A DNA stretch of 34,951 bases from an uncultured virus (IMG/VR IMGVR_UViG_3300032213_001453) (IMGVR_UViG_3300032213_001453); one strand, 5' to 3'. Numbered from the stretch's first letter, positions 7,752-17,422 are shown. Translations and numbers: made by a program. Notes: generated from the letters alone by a model not told the origin.

Positions 7752-10700
7752 TTGCCACAATTTACGCATCTACATAATCATAGCGAATACTCTTTGCTTG
7801 ATGGAATGACTACGCCCGAAGAGATGGCTAGCATTGTCAGCACTAATGGTCAGGTTGCAGCAGCAATTACTGATCACGGAACTATGGGCGGATTTATTCG
7901 CTTCCAGAAGGCCTGTAAGCAGCAGAATGTAAAGCCCATCTTTGGCGTTGAGGCATATTTTGTCGATGACGTTTCTATGGATGATGAGACTAATAAGGCT
8001 GAGCGCTTCCACCTTATTCTTCTTGCCAAGAACGATAAGGGTCTTGAGAATCTTTTCAGGATCAATAACGTAGCTTGGACTGAGCAGTTTTACTATAAAC
8101 CTCGTATCGACTTCTCTAACCTTGAGCAGTTTGGCGAAGGTCTTATTTGTCTTTCCGGCTGCATGGGTAGCGCTTTGTCTCAGGCTATCCTTAATGACGA
8201 AGAAGAGCGTGCCGAGAAGTTGCTTGGACGTTTTCAGGGTATCTTCAAGGATGACTATTATCTTGAGGTACAGCCTCATAATCCCCCTAAGCTGAATGCG
8301 AAGCTTATTGATTATGGTGACTCTTACAATATTCCCATTGTGGGAACTCTTGATTGTCACTTTCCCACCAAACAAGATTGGGGTGTTGAAGAAGTCCTTC
8401 TTGCTATTGGCCAGAACTCTTCAATGAATGCTAGCCAGAAGCGTCACGCTAAGGATAATTATGATCATGCTTGCGGTGTTCATGATTTGATTGAGAAGAT
8501 GGATATTCTTTATCCTGAGAGACGACTTTCGTTCAAGGATCTTCCGCTGTACCTTATGGATGCGAATGATGTCCTCCAGCATTTCTCTGATGTGGGCATA
8601 ACTCGCCTTGATATTCTTGAGAATACTATGGAGATTGCGGAGAAGTGTAACGCAGAGATCAAGATGAACAATATGCTCCTTCCTTCTTACACGAAGGATA
8701 TCAAGGTGGATATGTCATCTAATGATTATCTCCGTGACATTTCTTTCTTCATGCTTCAGCAGAAGGGCTTCGGTTCAAATCAGGAGTATATTGATCGACT
8801 TGAGGAGGAGCTTAATGTTATTGCGGGAAAGAATTTCTCCGACTATTTTCTGGTCCTTTGGGATCTTATTAGTTGGGCTGATAGTGACGGCATTGCCCGT
8901 GGGCCTGCCCGTGGTAGCGCTGGTGGATCTTTATTGTCTTATGTTCTTGGTATTACGAATATCGATCCGGTCAAGCATGGACTTCTCTTTTTTCGGTTTA
9001 TCAATCCTGAGAGAGATGACTTCCCGGATATTGATCTTGACTTCGAAGATCGCAGGCGTGATGAGGCGAAAGAGTATCTGAGAAATCGTTGGGGTCATGA
9101 GAATGTTGCTGGCATTTCCGCTTACGGCACTTTTCAGCCTAAGGGATCTATCAAAGCCGTGTCCAGTGCCTTTGCTGTCCCTTATACTGAGGCTAACGCA
9201 ATATCGCCAATGTTTGAGACGTTTGATGAGTATAAGACTAAGGATAGTTTGGCGAAGTTCAGAAAGAAGAACCCTGACGTAATAAAGGTTGCCGAGAGGC
9301 TCTCAGGGCGATATAAGAACGCCTCAGCGCACGCTGCTGGTGTTGTGGTGTCCAGTGTTCCCCTTGAAACAATCGTTCCGATTGAAGTTCGGGAGGAAGC
9401 GGGGACAAAACGTAAGATCAATGTTGTTGCCTACGATAAGGATGAAACTGGTGAATTTGGCCTCATTAAATTTGACGCTCTTGGGGTTCGTGCAATCACG
9501 GTCATTAAGGATTGTATTCGATCAATCGAAGAGAGAACGGGCAGAGATGTCACAAAAGATAGTGTTGATATTGACAACCCTGATCCAAGAGTCTTTGCCG
9601 AGTTTACAGCAGGTAACGTCGTCGGAATCTTCCAAGCGGAAGGCGCTGGCTATGCATCTCTCATTGCTGAGATGGGCATTTCTAGTTTCAATGATTTGGC
9701 CGTTTCGAACGCTCTAGTCCGTCCGGGTTCATATGTGACTCAGGGCAAGAGATATCTTGCTCGTCGTGATGGTACTGAGACATTTGTTTATGATCATGAG
9801 ATCCTTGAGGGAATTCTTGGAGAAACTTATGGCACGTTTATCTTCGAAGAGCAGGTTATGAAGATTGCTGTTGAGCTTGCTGGTTTTTCGTGGGCAGGCG
9901 CTGATCGTCTTCGTAAGATTATCTCTAAGAAGAAGGACGCTGCTGAGTTCGATAAGTACAAGAAAGAGTTTGTGGACGGAGCTTCTAAGCATATTAGTGT
10001 CTCCAAGGCTAAGGCTCTTTGGGCTGATATTGAGAAGGCTTCTCTTTATATGTTCAATAAGTCTCATGCTACTGCATACTCTGTTGTGTCATATCAGACG
10101 ATGTGGCTGAAGGTTAATTATCCTACTGAGTTTATTTGGGCTACATTGTCCAACGAGACTGAGGGTGAGAAGATCACAACTTATTTGTTTGAGGCTCAGC
10201 GCATCGGCATTGAGATCCTTGGCCCTGATGTGAATAAGTCTGAACCATCTTTCTCGCTTGATGGAGACGCTCTTCGCTTTGGTATTTCCAATATCGCTGG
10301 CTGTGGTGCTTCTACTGTTACCGAGATTATAGCTAAGCGTCCGTTTGAGGATTATGATCACTTCATCAATACTGTTGCTCGCTCTAAGGTTAAGGTAAAT
10401 AATCTTGAAGCTTTGCAGAAGGTTGGTGCTCTTGACAGTATAGGTTATGACTCTCCTTATGAGTCTCGCAGATACTTCGGTCCACTTTTAAATTATCCTG
10501 TAACAATGAGTGATAAGTCTCCGTTTGATGACATCATTATGCCGTGTAATTTGGCTCAGGATAATAAGGAGGATATCAATCTTTATATTGTTCGTGGCGT
10601 TGTGAAGTCTACGAAGAGGACTCCTCGTTATTTCCGGGCTGAGATTGAGGATTCGACTGGCGTTGTGTCTTCGTTTGCTGATTCTAATGCTGTGATCAAT

Positions 10701-11198
10701 AAGCGGGATTATGTGATCGCTATTGTTGGTGATCAGACGATTCATCACATTGAGGACTTCAATGATATTGAGACTGGTAAGTCTGATTCAAAGTTCTCTA
10801 AGTTCCTTCGTGGTCAGATTGATGGCGATGGTGCGTTGAGCGAGTACGATTTCTTGTATGACATTGGTATCAAGAGGAACATGGTTCCTGATGGTAAGTC
10901 GATTACTTTGGCCTATCTTATGAATACTGTTCAGTTCAAGACTCGTACTGATCGTGATATGAGTTCTTCGTATTTCTATATTCCTGATTCTGGCTGGCTT
11001 AAGGCTACGATGTTTGGTGAAAGTGTTTTGGGTAATCAGACCGAGTTGAGGCGCTCGTTTGAGTGGAAGATTATTAAGACTATTCGTGGAAAGAATGGTC
11101 AAATTACTCTTTCGAATGTTGTTTCGGCTGAGAAGTGGTGTAAGATGAACTTGATAGATATTGACGCAGAAAGGGCAAAATCTAATGTTAATTGTTAA
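7752..11198 (+). CDS. dnaE: DNA polymerase III alpha subunit (family C)
   Basis: PHP domain HLHNHSEYSLLDG/ITDHG/GVEAY, RGSAGGSL, PDIDLDF, HAAGVV, KFDALG, FNKSHA and HhH LRFG motifs. No intein-sized insertion. Confidence 0.97.
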   Translation: MPQFTHLHNHSEYSLLDGMTTPEEMASIVSTNGQVAAAITDHGTMGGFIRFQKACKQQNVKPIFGVEAYFVDDVSMDDETNKAERFHLILLAKNDKGLENLFRINNVAWTEQFYYKPRIDFSNLEQFGEGLICLSGCMGSALSQAILNDEEERAEKLLGRFQGIFKDDYYLEVQPHNPPKLNAKLIDYGDSYNIPIVGTLDCHFPTKQDWGVEEVLLAIGQNSSMNASQKRHAKDNYDHACGVHDLIEKMDILYPERRLSFKDLPLYLMDANDVLQHFSDVGITRLDILENTMEIAEKCNAEIKMNNMLLPSYTKDIKVDMSSNDYLRDISFFMLQQKGFGSNQEYIDRLEEELNVIAGKNFSDYFLVLWDLISWADSDGIARGPARGSAGGSLLSYVLGITNIDPVKHGLLFFRFINPERDDFPDIDLDFEDRRRDEAKEYLRNRWGHENVAGISAYGTFQPKGSIKAVSSAFAVPYTEANAISPMFETFDEYKTKDSLAKFRKKNPDVIKVAERLSGRYKNASAHAAGVVVSSVPLETIVPIEVREEAGTKRKINVVAYDKDETGEFGLIKFDALGVRAITVIKDCIRSIEERTGRDVTKDSVDIDNPDPRVFAEFTAGNVVGIFQAEGAGYASLIAEMGISSFNDLAVSNALVRPGSYVTQGKRYLARRDGTETFVYDHEILEGILGETYGTFIFEEQVMKIAVELAGFSWAGADRLRKIISKKKDAAEFDKYKKEFVDGASKHISVSKAKALWADIEKASLYMFNKSHATAYSVVSYQTMWLKVNYPTEFIWATLSNETEGEKITTYLFEAQRIGIEILGPDVNKSEPSFSLDGDALRFGISNIAGCGASTVTEIIAKRPFEDYDHFINTVARSKVKVNNLEALQKVGALDSIGYDSPYESRRYFGPLLNYPVTMSDKSPFDDIIMPCNLAQDNKEDINLYIVRGVVKSTKRTPRYFRAEIEDSTGVVSSFADSNAVINKRDYVIAIVGDQTIHHIEDFNDIETGKSDSKFSKFLRGQIDGDGALSEYDFLYDIGIKRNMVPDGKSITLAYLMNTVQFKTRTDRDMSSSYFYIPDSGWLKATMFGESVLGNQTELRRSFEWKIIKTIRGKNGQITLSNVVSAEKWCKMNLIDIDAERAKSNVNC

Positions 11199-12147
11199 AG
11201 GTGGGGAGCGAATTCCTACTCCGGAGATTATTCCGACTCCTTCGTTTGGTTTGAACTATATTTTAGGCGGTGGAATTTGGTCTGGCCGTTATAATATTGT
11301 TTGGGGCAATCCGCAGGCCGGTAAGTCTACGATGTGTTTTCATGCTGCTGCGGAGGCGCAGAAGCTTGGTTACACGCCGGTTATTGTTGATGCTGAGGGT
11401 TCGTCTACTGATGAGTGGATGGAGCATTGCGGTATCAATCTTGATAATCGGATTGTTATTCGTTCGACTATCCTTGAGGATATTCTGAATGTGATCATGC
11501 CGATGTTCCGGGAGAAGGATTCAAAGTACTTCTTTATCTTTGACTCTATCAATACTATTGTCATGGAGCAGTTTTATAAGAATGATGATGGTATGGGTGG
11601 CATTGGTATCTATGCTCGTTCTCAGGGTGTTCTGATTCAGAAGATTGCTGACGAACTTATTTCTGGTGTGAATCATTGTGTGATCTTTATTGCTCAGCAG
11701 ACGATTGCTGCGAAGGGTCAGTATTTTGTTACACAAGGTAAGTACGGTAATTCTGCTTATCATTGGGCTACGAATATCATCCGTCTTAATGCTGGTGAAG
11801 CTTCAGCGGATTTGGATCGGGATTCTGATGAACGCATTATTAGTCGCAAGGTAACTTGGCGTATTGATAAGTCTAAGCAGAAGCCGGTTCAGGGAACTAA
11901 GGGTGATTATTGGTTCTCTCCGACTAGCGCTGAGATTGAACATAAGAAGGAAGCTTTCCATCTTGCTGTTCGTCATGGCGTTGTAATTAAGAAGGGCGCT
12001 TGGTTTGAGTGGAAGGGCGAGCGTTATCATGGAGCAGACAAACTTATTGCTGTTCTGACTGAAAAGGATATGGATGAAATCTTTTCCGCTCTTGAGAATA
12101 TTGACCTCATTTTTGATACAGAGGATGTATCATCTAATGAGGGGTGA
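11185..12147 (+). CDS. recA: RecA/UvsX-like recombinase
   Basis: IPTPSFGLNYILGGG, Walker A GNPQAGKST, VDAEG, Walker B IFDSI, IFIAQ, and a C-terminal KKGAWF motif. Confidence 0.9.
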   Translation: MLIVKGGERIPTPEIIPTPSFGLNYILGGGIWSGRYNIVWGNPQAGKSTMCFHAAAEAQKLGYTPVIVDAEGSSTDEWMEHCGINLDNRIVIRSTILEDILNVIMPMFREKDSKYFFIFDSINTIVMEQFYKNDDGMGGIGIYARSQGVLIQKIADELISGVNHCVIFIAQQTIAAKGQYFVTQGKYGNSAYHWATNIIRLNAGEASADLDRDSDERIISRKVTWRIDKSKQKPVQGTKGDYWFSPTSAEIEHKKEAFHLAVRHGVVIKKGAWFEWKGERYHGADKLIAVLTEKDMDEIFSALENIDLIFDTEDVSSNEG

Positions 12148-12418
12148 GAAGAGAGAGGCTGCATTAGATGGAGCAAAACTTGTCAAAAATAGCGGAAGAG
12201 GCTTCAAGAAGGGCGATGCAGTTCTTGACGGAGACTGGCTCATTGATTATAAACATAATGAGTTATCTTTCACTCTCAAGTCTACAGCTTGGGCTAAACA
12301 TTGTAAGGATGCTTGGAATGACGGCCAATATAACCCCGCAATCAAAGTCGTCTTTGGAGACGGAAGAATGGTTGCAATTATCGATTGGGACGATTTCGTC
12401 GGACTTAAGGACGGATAG
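12137..12418 (+). CDS. PD-(D/E)XK Holliday-junction-resolvase-like nuclease
   Basis: E...A......NSGRG..KGD......IDYK....SF pattern; located directly after recA. Confidence 0.65.
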   Translation: MRGEKREAALDGAKLVKNSGRGFKKGDAVLDGDWLIDYKHNELSFTLKSTAWAKHCKDAWNDGQYNPAIKVVFGDGRMVAIIDWDDFVGLKDG

Positions 12419-12455
12419 TAATTCTAAGGTTGTTGATAGCGATATTTCTTTTTGT

Positions 12456-12668
12456 ATGGCTTCTGATAATGACGAAGATTTTTGTGGAGAGTTTGCTCGT
12501 AAAAAACTATTAATGCCATTTGATCTGCCTGAAATGTATCTGTGCGATAGGCACGCTGATATGTTTAGCGAGTGGACTGATGACGACACTATAAGAGAGC
12601 TTGTCGATCTTATGACCGATGAGGAAGGAATTGAATTGTTTAAGGAAGGTTTCGATGACGATATCTAG
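12456..12668 (+). CDS. Acidic hypothetical protein, possibly metal-binding (start uncertain, may be as early as TTG 12372)
   Basis: 3' part of the 12168..12668 frame fills the gap; C...C...CDRH ligands. Confidence 0.5.
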   Translation: MASDNDEDFCGEFARKKLLMPFDLPEMYLCDRHADMFSEWTDDDTIRELVDLMTDEEGIELFKEGFDDDI

Positions 12669-13017
12669 ATTGCGTGAAGTTGAAGAGAGCAATGTTGAGG
12701 TTAATCTTGACGAGGTTGCCGGTGCTCTTAGTTCCGATGAGTTTAAGGAGTTCTCAGATTGCATGGCTATTGTTCAGCGTATTCTTGATCAGCCAAATGC
12801 TATGATGGGTTCTGAGGCTTTGATTGCTGCTGCTAAGCTTGCTGCGCTTAGAACGAAGTTGGGTGCGCGCGCCCAGTATTACAAGACTTCTGAGAAGTCT
12901 ATTCTTCAGCGTAGAAGGAAGGATCTGCTTATGCTTATGTTTACTGCTTTGGAGGAAAATATCAATACACTTAAGTTGCTTGGGCGTGTTGAGGTTGGAA
13001 TGACGGGTATGCGATGA
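12655..13017 (+). CDS. Hypothetical helical protein
   Basis: AAGGAAGG SD before ATG 12655; ATGA overlap with the Cas4-like gene. Confidence 0.7.
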   Translation: MTISRLREVEESNVEVNLDEVAGALSSDEFKEFSDCMAIVQRILDQPNAMMGSEALIAAAKLAALRTKLGARAQYYKTSEKSILQRRRKDLLMLMFTALEENINTLKLLGRVEVGMTGMR

Positions 13018-13802
13018 AGGGGCTTATAAAGAACCTGAAGGCTGCTCAGCCGGAGCCTAAGAAGCCAAAGACTGTTCCTGAAGTTGTTTCTGATGATGTT
13101 GCTGATCTTGAGAGATCTCTTGTCAGCGCTATTGGCGAGAAGCTTGAGGCGTCTAATGGGAGCTTTTGGAAGCAGAGCGATAGTTTTGCTCCTTCTAGCA
13201 CTAACCAGTGTGCGAGATTTGCTGTGTACAGGTTCCGGGGATATCAGCAGGAAATTTCTATTCTTGGCCAAACTAGGCGAATTTTTGATCTTGGTAATCG
13301 CATTGAGGATGCTGTAGGAGATCTTTTCAAAGATCTTGGTGTTCTTGTTAGCGAGCAGATTGAGATGAAAATCGAAGAGCCTGCTCCTGTTCGTGGTTAT
13401 ATCGACTTTATTATCGACTGGAATGGTGAAAAGGTAGTTGAGTGTAAGTCTATCAATGAGGCTGGCTTTGCTTATCGCAAGGTTTATCACAAGCCAAAAG
13501 ACGAGCATTTTCGACAGATTCAGTTCTATCTTCATGCTATGAACCATGATTCTGGCTTTGTTTTCTATTATTGTAAGAATGATTCCGCCATCCTTCCCCT
13601 GCTTGTTAAGCGGGATGACAAATTTATTGAAACAACACTCAATAAGTATGCTAGAATATATAAAGTCTTTAAGGATGGAAATCTTCCGGAGAGGCCCTAC
13701 AAGAAAACTTCACAAAACTGTACCAGATGTGACGCTTTCACCCATTGTTGGGCTGATCAAGAGCAAGGGATTCCAGTTAACTTAAGGAAGAAGGAATCAT
13801 GA
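13014..13802 (+). CDS. Cas4-family / PD-(D/E)XK exonuclease
   Basis: N-terminal Cys (NQCAR), GYID..VECKS, QIQFY, and a C-terminal CTRC.....C Fe-S motif. Confidence 0.85.
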   Translation: MKGLIKNLKAAQPEPKKPKTVPEVVSDDVADLERSLVSAIGEKLEASNGSFWKQSDSFAPSSTNQCARFAVYRFRGYQQEISILGQTRRIFDLGNRIEDAVGDLFKDLGVLVSEQIEMKIEEPAPVRGYIDFIIDWNGEKVVECKSINEAGFAYRKVYHKPKDEHFRQIQFYLHAMNHDSGFVFYYCKNDSAILPLLVKRDDKFIETTLNKYARIYKVFKDGNLPERPYKKTSQNCTRCDAFTHCWADQEQGIPVNLRKKES

Positions 13803-13805
13803 TCA

Positions 13806-14120
13806 GTGGATTTACAATCAAAGATTTGCGCCAATCCAGATTGCCTTTCCTTATTTGAACCACAGGTTCATAATGCGATCTATTGTAGTACAGATTGTCG
13901 TAAAGTTATAACAAATAAAAATGTTCTAGATCGTTATTATAAGAAAAAAGAGCGACGAGCCAATAAGAAAAGGGTTTGCAGCAATACTGATTGTAATACA
14001 ATATTATCAATGTATAATGATGAAAATATTTGCGAGGCTTGTAAGACAAATAGATTAATTGATCGTCTTGCTAGTTGGGGATGGGATAAAGATAAACTTA
14101 TAGAAGATTGGTCATTCTAA
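13806..14120 (+). CDS. Cys-rich zinc-binding protein
   Basis: CANPDC, YCSTDC, CSNTDC and CEAC. Confidence 0.7.
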   Translation: MDLQSKICANPDCLSLFEPQVHNAIYCSTDCRKVITNKNVLDRYYKKKERRANKKRVCSNTDCNTILSMYNDENICEACKTNRLIDRLASWGWDKDKLIEDWSF

Positions 14121-14719
14121 TGCGTGTTGTTAAGATGATGAAGCATAAAGACCCAATCCCAGCAGTGATTATGGCCGTAGATGCCTCGTCTACGGCCATA
14201 GCTATTTCTATTTTTGATCAAAAGAAAGATAAGACTCTTTTGAAAGAAGTTGGCAAACTTAAGTTAGAAAGAATGCCAATGAATATGAAGCTAAAGATTA
14301 TTACGTCTTTCTTTAAAGAGTTTTTTGATAAATATAAAATTGACTATGTTTTTGTTGAGCAGCCTATTTACATACAAAATCCTGCTACTAGCAGAGTTTT
14401 GTCTCAGGTTTCGGGACACGTTATTGGAACCTGCCTAAATTATTGCGATAATGTATCTGAAGTAACTATCGCCAATTGGAAAAGTTTTATTGGGTATAAG
14501 AATGTAAGTAAAGCTGAGAAAGAAAGCTGGACTAGACAATTTGGCGAAAAAGAGTCAAAGAAGATGGCGGCTTCAGAAAGAAAGCAAAGAACTATTAGAA
14601 TTGTTCATGAGAAAATATCTGGCATAGATCATATAAATGACAACGATATTTGCGATTCAATTGGAATTGGATTGTATTCTTTAGACTTAATCAATAAGGA
14701 GGACTACGATGGCACTTGA
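14120..14719 (+). CDS. ruvC: RuvC-like resolvase/nuclease (RNase H fold)
   Basis: MAVDASST, VFVEQP, WKSFIG...K and NDICDSIGIG catalytic motifs. Confidence 0.8.
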   Translation: MRVVKMMKHKDPIPAVIMAVDASSTAIAISIFDQKKDKTLLKEVGKLKLERMPMNMKLKIITSFFKEFFDKYKIDYVFVEQPIYIQNPATSRVLSQVSGHVIGTCLNYCDNVSEVTIANWKSFIGYKNVSKAEKESWTRQFGEKESKKMAASERKQRTIRIVHEKISGIDHINDNDICDSIGIGLYSLDLINKEDYDGT

Positions 14720-15005
14720 ACCTTATAAAGATAGAGAATGGCTCTATCATCATTATGTAAAGAAGCGCATGAACTTGAAAGATATCTGCGAACTTCTTGA
14801 AAAGAAATACAATATTCGCATCACCACTCAGGCTGTATATAACTGGGCGGTGAAGTTTGACTTGCTCAAGTATAGAGGCAAGGGCCGGAAGATTGGCGCT
14901 AATACGCAAGGTCCAAAGAAGGCTAGCTCTATGGGCAAAAGGCCGGGACGAGAGCGTGAGGAACGTATGCGGGCAATGGCGAAGGCCAGAAAAAGAAATA
15001 AATAA
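14709..15005 (+). CDS. Basic HTH DNA-binding protein
   Basis: YKDREWLYHHYV..RMNLKDICE...ITTQAVYNW HTH-like pattern; GGAGG SD. Confidence 0.65.
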   Translation: MALEPYKDREWLYHHYVKKRMNLKDICELLEKKYNIRITTQAVYNWAVKFDLLKYRGKGRKIGANTQGPKKASSMGKRPGREREERMRAMAKARKRNK

Positions 15006-15030
15006 AAACTGAGGCGTGGCGTCGTTGCGA

Positions 15031-15039
15031 TGCTATACT
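15031..15039 (+). promoter_or_regulatory. Extended -10 promoter element
   Basis: TGc-TATACT in the intergenic gap, followed by a leader hairpin and a GAAAGGA SD. Confidence 0.55.
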
Positions 15040-15079
15040 GTCGATGTCCCCAAGTTGGGGGCATACGAAAGGAAGCAAA

Positions 15080-16081
15080 ATGACTGCTACTCTTGCTCCT
15101 GATCTTTCTTTCGAAGAAAAACTTCGAAATAGATCTGAGAACACTCAGCACCTTGATTTTCAGGTAGGAGATCTTTCCTTTAACGCTGGCAAACGTCCAA
15201 GCGTTAGTATTTCCGGGGAAGATTATTTTCTTACCGATGGGTCTTTTCGGCAGATTGCCGAGGAGATGAAGATTCCAGTTCCTTATGCTAGACGCATTCC
15301 TGATGATCTTCTTTCTTATACTGTGAATTATTTTATCAATAATAATAGATCGAATCATATTGCCGCTCTTTCTGAGGACGGACATATTCGCTCTTTTATG
15401 AAGACTAATACTCCTTATGTTTCGAACACTGAGATGTTTGATGCTGTTCTTGAGGCAACTGGTGGCGATTATGATCTTCGTTATGCGAAGATGAGCGATA
15501 CCATTACTTCTTTTTCAATCCTTCCATCAAGTTATCGTGAGTCAGTTGATGGCTCAAATCTTTTTGGTGGCGTTAAGGTTGTTTTCTCAGATGCTTGGGA
15601 TAGGCATCCTTCGATTGATTCTTACATTTGGCGTGAACTTTGCTCCAATGGAATGATCAATGAACTTGAGAGTCGCAAGTTCCGTGTCGCTGGTTCATCG
15701 CACGACGATGTTCTTCGTCAGATTAGAGATTTCTCTGTTATTGCCATTGAGAAGCTGCCTGATCTATTTGATAACTTCAATAAGCTCCTTGAGGAAGAAG
15801 TCAAGGATTATGTGAAGATTATCCGCCAAGTTGTTCTTGAGTATAAGCTTCCCAATAAGGTTCAGACTCGCCTGCTTTTTTGGGCTGTGAACCCTGATTT
15901 CCTTGCGACTATCAGCAATGATAAGATTGAGAATATGCATGATGTTGTCAATCTTATTACTTATACCGGAAGTCATGATGGAGAACTCAGTCAGGATATG
16001 CGTGAGCGTCTCCTTCAGATCGGCGGAAATCTTACGCTGAACCATCAGGAACGCTGCAATTCTTGTGGAAGTTCTTACTGA
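15080..16081 (+). CDS. DUF932-like domain protein
   Basis: GGVKVVFSD...IWRELCSNGMI resembles the DUF932 RxxCxNG motif; C-terminal CNSCG; GAAAGGA SD supports ATG 15080. Confidence 0.6.
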   Translation: MTATLAPDLSFEEKLRNRSENTQHLDFQVGDLSFNAGKRPSVSISGEDYFLTDGSFRQIAEEMKIPVPYARRIPDDLLSYTVNYFINNNRSNHIAALSEDGHIRSFMKTNTPYVSNTEMFDAVLEATGGDYDLRYAKMSDTITSFSILPSSYRESVDGSNLFGGVKVVFSDAWDRHPSIDSYIWRELCSNGMINELESRKFRVAGSSHDDVLRQIRDFSVIAIEKLPDLFDNFNKLLEEEVKDYVKIIRQVVLEYKLPNKVQTRLLFWAVNPDFLATISNDKIENMHDVVNLITYTGSHDGELSQDMRERLLQIGGNLTLNHQERCNSCGSSY

Positions 16082-16113
16082 AATACGTTTGTTTCTCCTT
16101 TTTATCCGATACA

Positions 16114-16148
16114 ATGTGCGTGCGGGGCAGAAACCCCGCACGCATACA
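16114..16148 (+). terminator. Strong intergenic hairpin (no U tract)
   Basis: TGCGTGCGGGG-CAGAAA-CCCCGCACGCA perfect 11-bp stem. Confidence 0.55.
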
Positions 16149-16162
16149 TCGACAAAAGATAG

Positions 16163-16501
16163 GTGAGTATGTCTAACACAAGTAAAGATGCGTTCAAGAT
16201 TGTGGAGAAAGAACTAATCAAGTTCGGTTCCTATGAGAACGCAAAGAAGATTCTTTCTAAGTACATGATCGGGTCATCTTATGATCAAGAGATGGTAGAG
16301 AAGATCCTCGTCATTCTAGTTGCCGAATTTAGACGAGAGATTGAACGACTTAATGGCAATCTTCCTGAGGATGATGCTGAGGCTGCTCTTGTGATTGAGC
16401 GTAAGGCTTCAAGCAAACCTCGCCAAAAGAAGGGCAGTAGTAAGATTGTAATTGAGTCTGCCGGTGATATTGATATTGATGACTTAGAAGAATCTGATTA
16501 A
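16163..16501 (+). CDS. Hypothetical protein
   Basis: 112-aa ORF with an acidic tail; start GTG 16163 or ATG 16169. Confidence 0.7.
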   Translation: MSMSNTSKDAFKIVEKELIKFGSYENAKKILSKYMIGSSYDQEMVEKILVILVAEFRREIERLNGNLPEDDAEAALVIERKASSKPRQKKGSSKIVIESAGDIDIDDLEESD

Positions 16502-16505
16502 TATA

Positions 16506-16514
16506 TGGTATAAT
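16506..16514 (+). promoter_or_regulatory. Extended -10 promoter, probably yielding a leaderless mRNA
   Basis: TGg-TATAAT followed 6 nt later by ATG 16521, with no SD. Confidence 0.65.
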
Positions 16515-16520
16515 TAGCAT

Positions 16521-17126
16521 ATGTCCGAAGAACTTGAAAAAGTTGAAACTATTTTTGATAAAGCCAAGAAGGTTGAGCAAGTAGGTCTGCTCAGCCTTAA
16601 GGGTTATTCTGTCTCCGATATAGCGGAACTTGAACAGGTATCTCCAAATACCGTTAGAGATTACGTTACTCAATACAAGACTTTCTTAGAGGGTCGTGCT
16701 GAAGATGATCCGTACTTTCTGGAGAAGGTCCAGTTTAATACGATTAAGGCTTTGGCTGAGTTTGATGAGATTTCAAAAGAATCTTGGGAGACTGTCGAAA
16801 TAGCTACAAGAGAGGGTATGGTTTCTGCAAGAAATCAGGCTCTTAAGTTGTGTCTGGATATTGCTACGAAGAAAGCCCAGCTTCATCAGTTGATGGGAGG
16901 AACAAAGAGTGATGGCGAATATATCGCCCGAATGCAGAAGGCCGAAACTGTAAACCAAATTATCTCTAAGGTTATCAAAGACATTGTTGCTGATTGTGAT
17001 GCTTGTAAGCCGAAGGCTCGCATTGCTTTGCAGGAGGCGTTCAATATGATGAATACCGAGGGCTATAGCTCTCCCCAAGAAGCCAGCGATGATCTCAACA
17101 TTGAAGATGCAGAAGTCGTGGAATAG
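16521..17126 (+). CDS. Probable terminase small subunit (N-terminal HTH + helical domain)
   Basis: LKGYSVSDIAELEQVSPNTVRDY HTH; lies just upstream of the large subunit. Confidence 0.6.
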   Translation: MSEELEKVETIFDKAKKVEQVGLLSLKGYSVSDIAELEQVSPNTVRDYVTQYKTFLEGRAEDDPYFLEKVQFNTIKALAEFDEISKESWETVEIATREGMVSARNQALKLCLDIATKKAQLHQLMGGTKSDGEYIARMQKAETVNQIISKVIKDIVADCDACKPKARIALQEAFNMMNTEGYSSPQEASDDLNIEDAEVVE

Positions 17127-17421
17127 ATCGTTCCCTAGACGATCAACTGTCGCTTGGGTAGTGCTGGCATTGTATATTCTTATATACGATGTAATCGCAA
17201 TGATCTTAAACGATAGAAATAAATCTAGGGGGTCCAATGTTAAGTACGAAACATTTTCTGATGGTTGTTGGAGAGGTGTGTATCATCCTGTTGCTCGCTG
17301 GCCTATTTGGGCTTGTATTTTGATTATAGTTAAGCACCTTGCTGCTCCAAATTTTTTGCACGAATACGATCCTTTGAAGATCGTTGGCAAGACTATTAGA
17401 TTTATTAGGAAGAGGTTATAG
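17107..17421 (+). CDS. Small membrane protein (start uncertain)
   Basis: Two hydrophobic segments (VAWVVLALYILIYDVIAMIL; WPIWACILIIV) and a basic C-terminus. Confidence 0.65.
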   Translation: MQKSWNRSFPRRSTVAWVVLALYILIYDVIAMILNDRNKSRGSNVKYETFSDGCWRGVYHPVARWPIWACILIIVKHLAAPNFLHEYDPLKIVGKTIRFIRKRL

Positions 17422-17422
17422 G

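Noticed and set aside
12411..12413. ACG as a non-canonical start for the ORF ending at 12668
   Set aside because: There is no properly spaced SD, and in-frame TTG (12372) and ATG (12456) alternatives exist.
13014..13802. Cas4-like gene as evidence for a CRISPR-Cas system
   Set aside because: There are no repeat-spacer arrays or other cas genes in the window, and solo Cas4-like nucleases are common in phage recombination modules.
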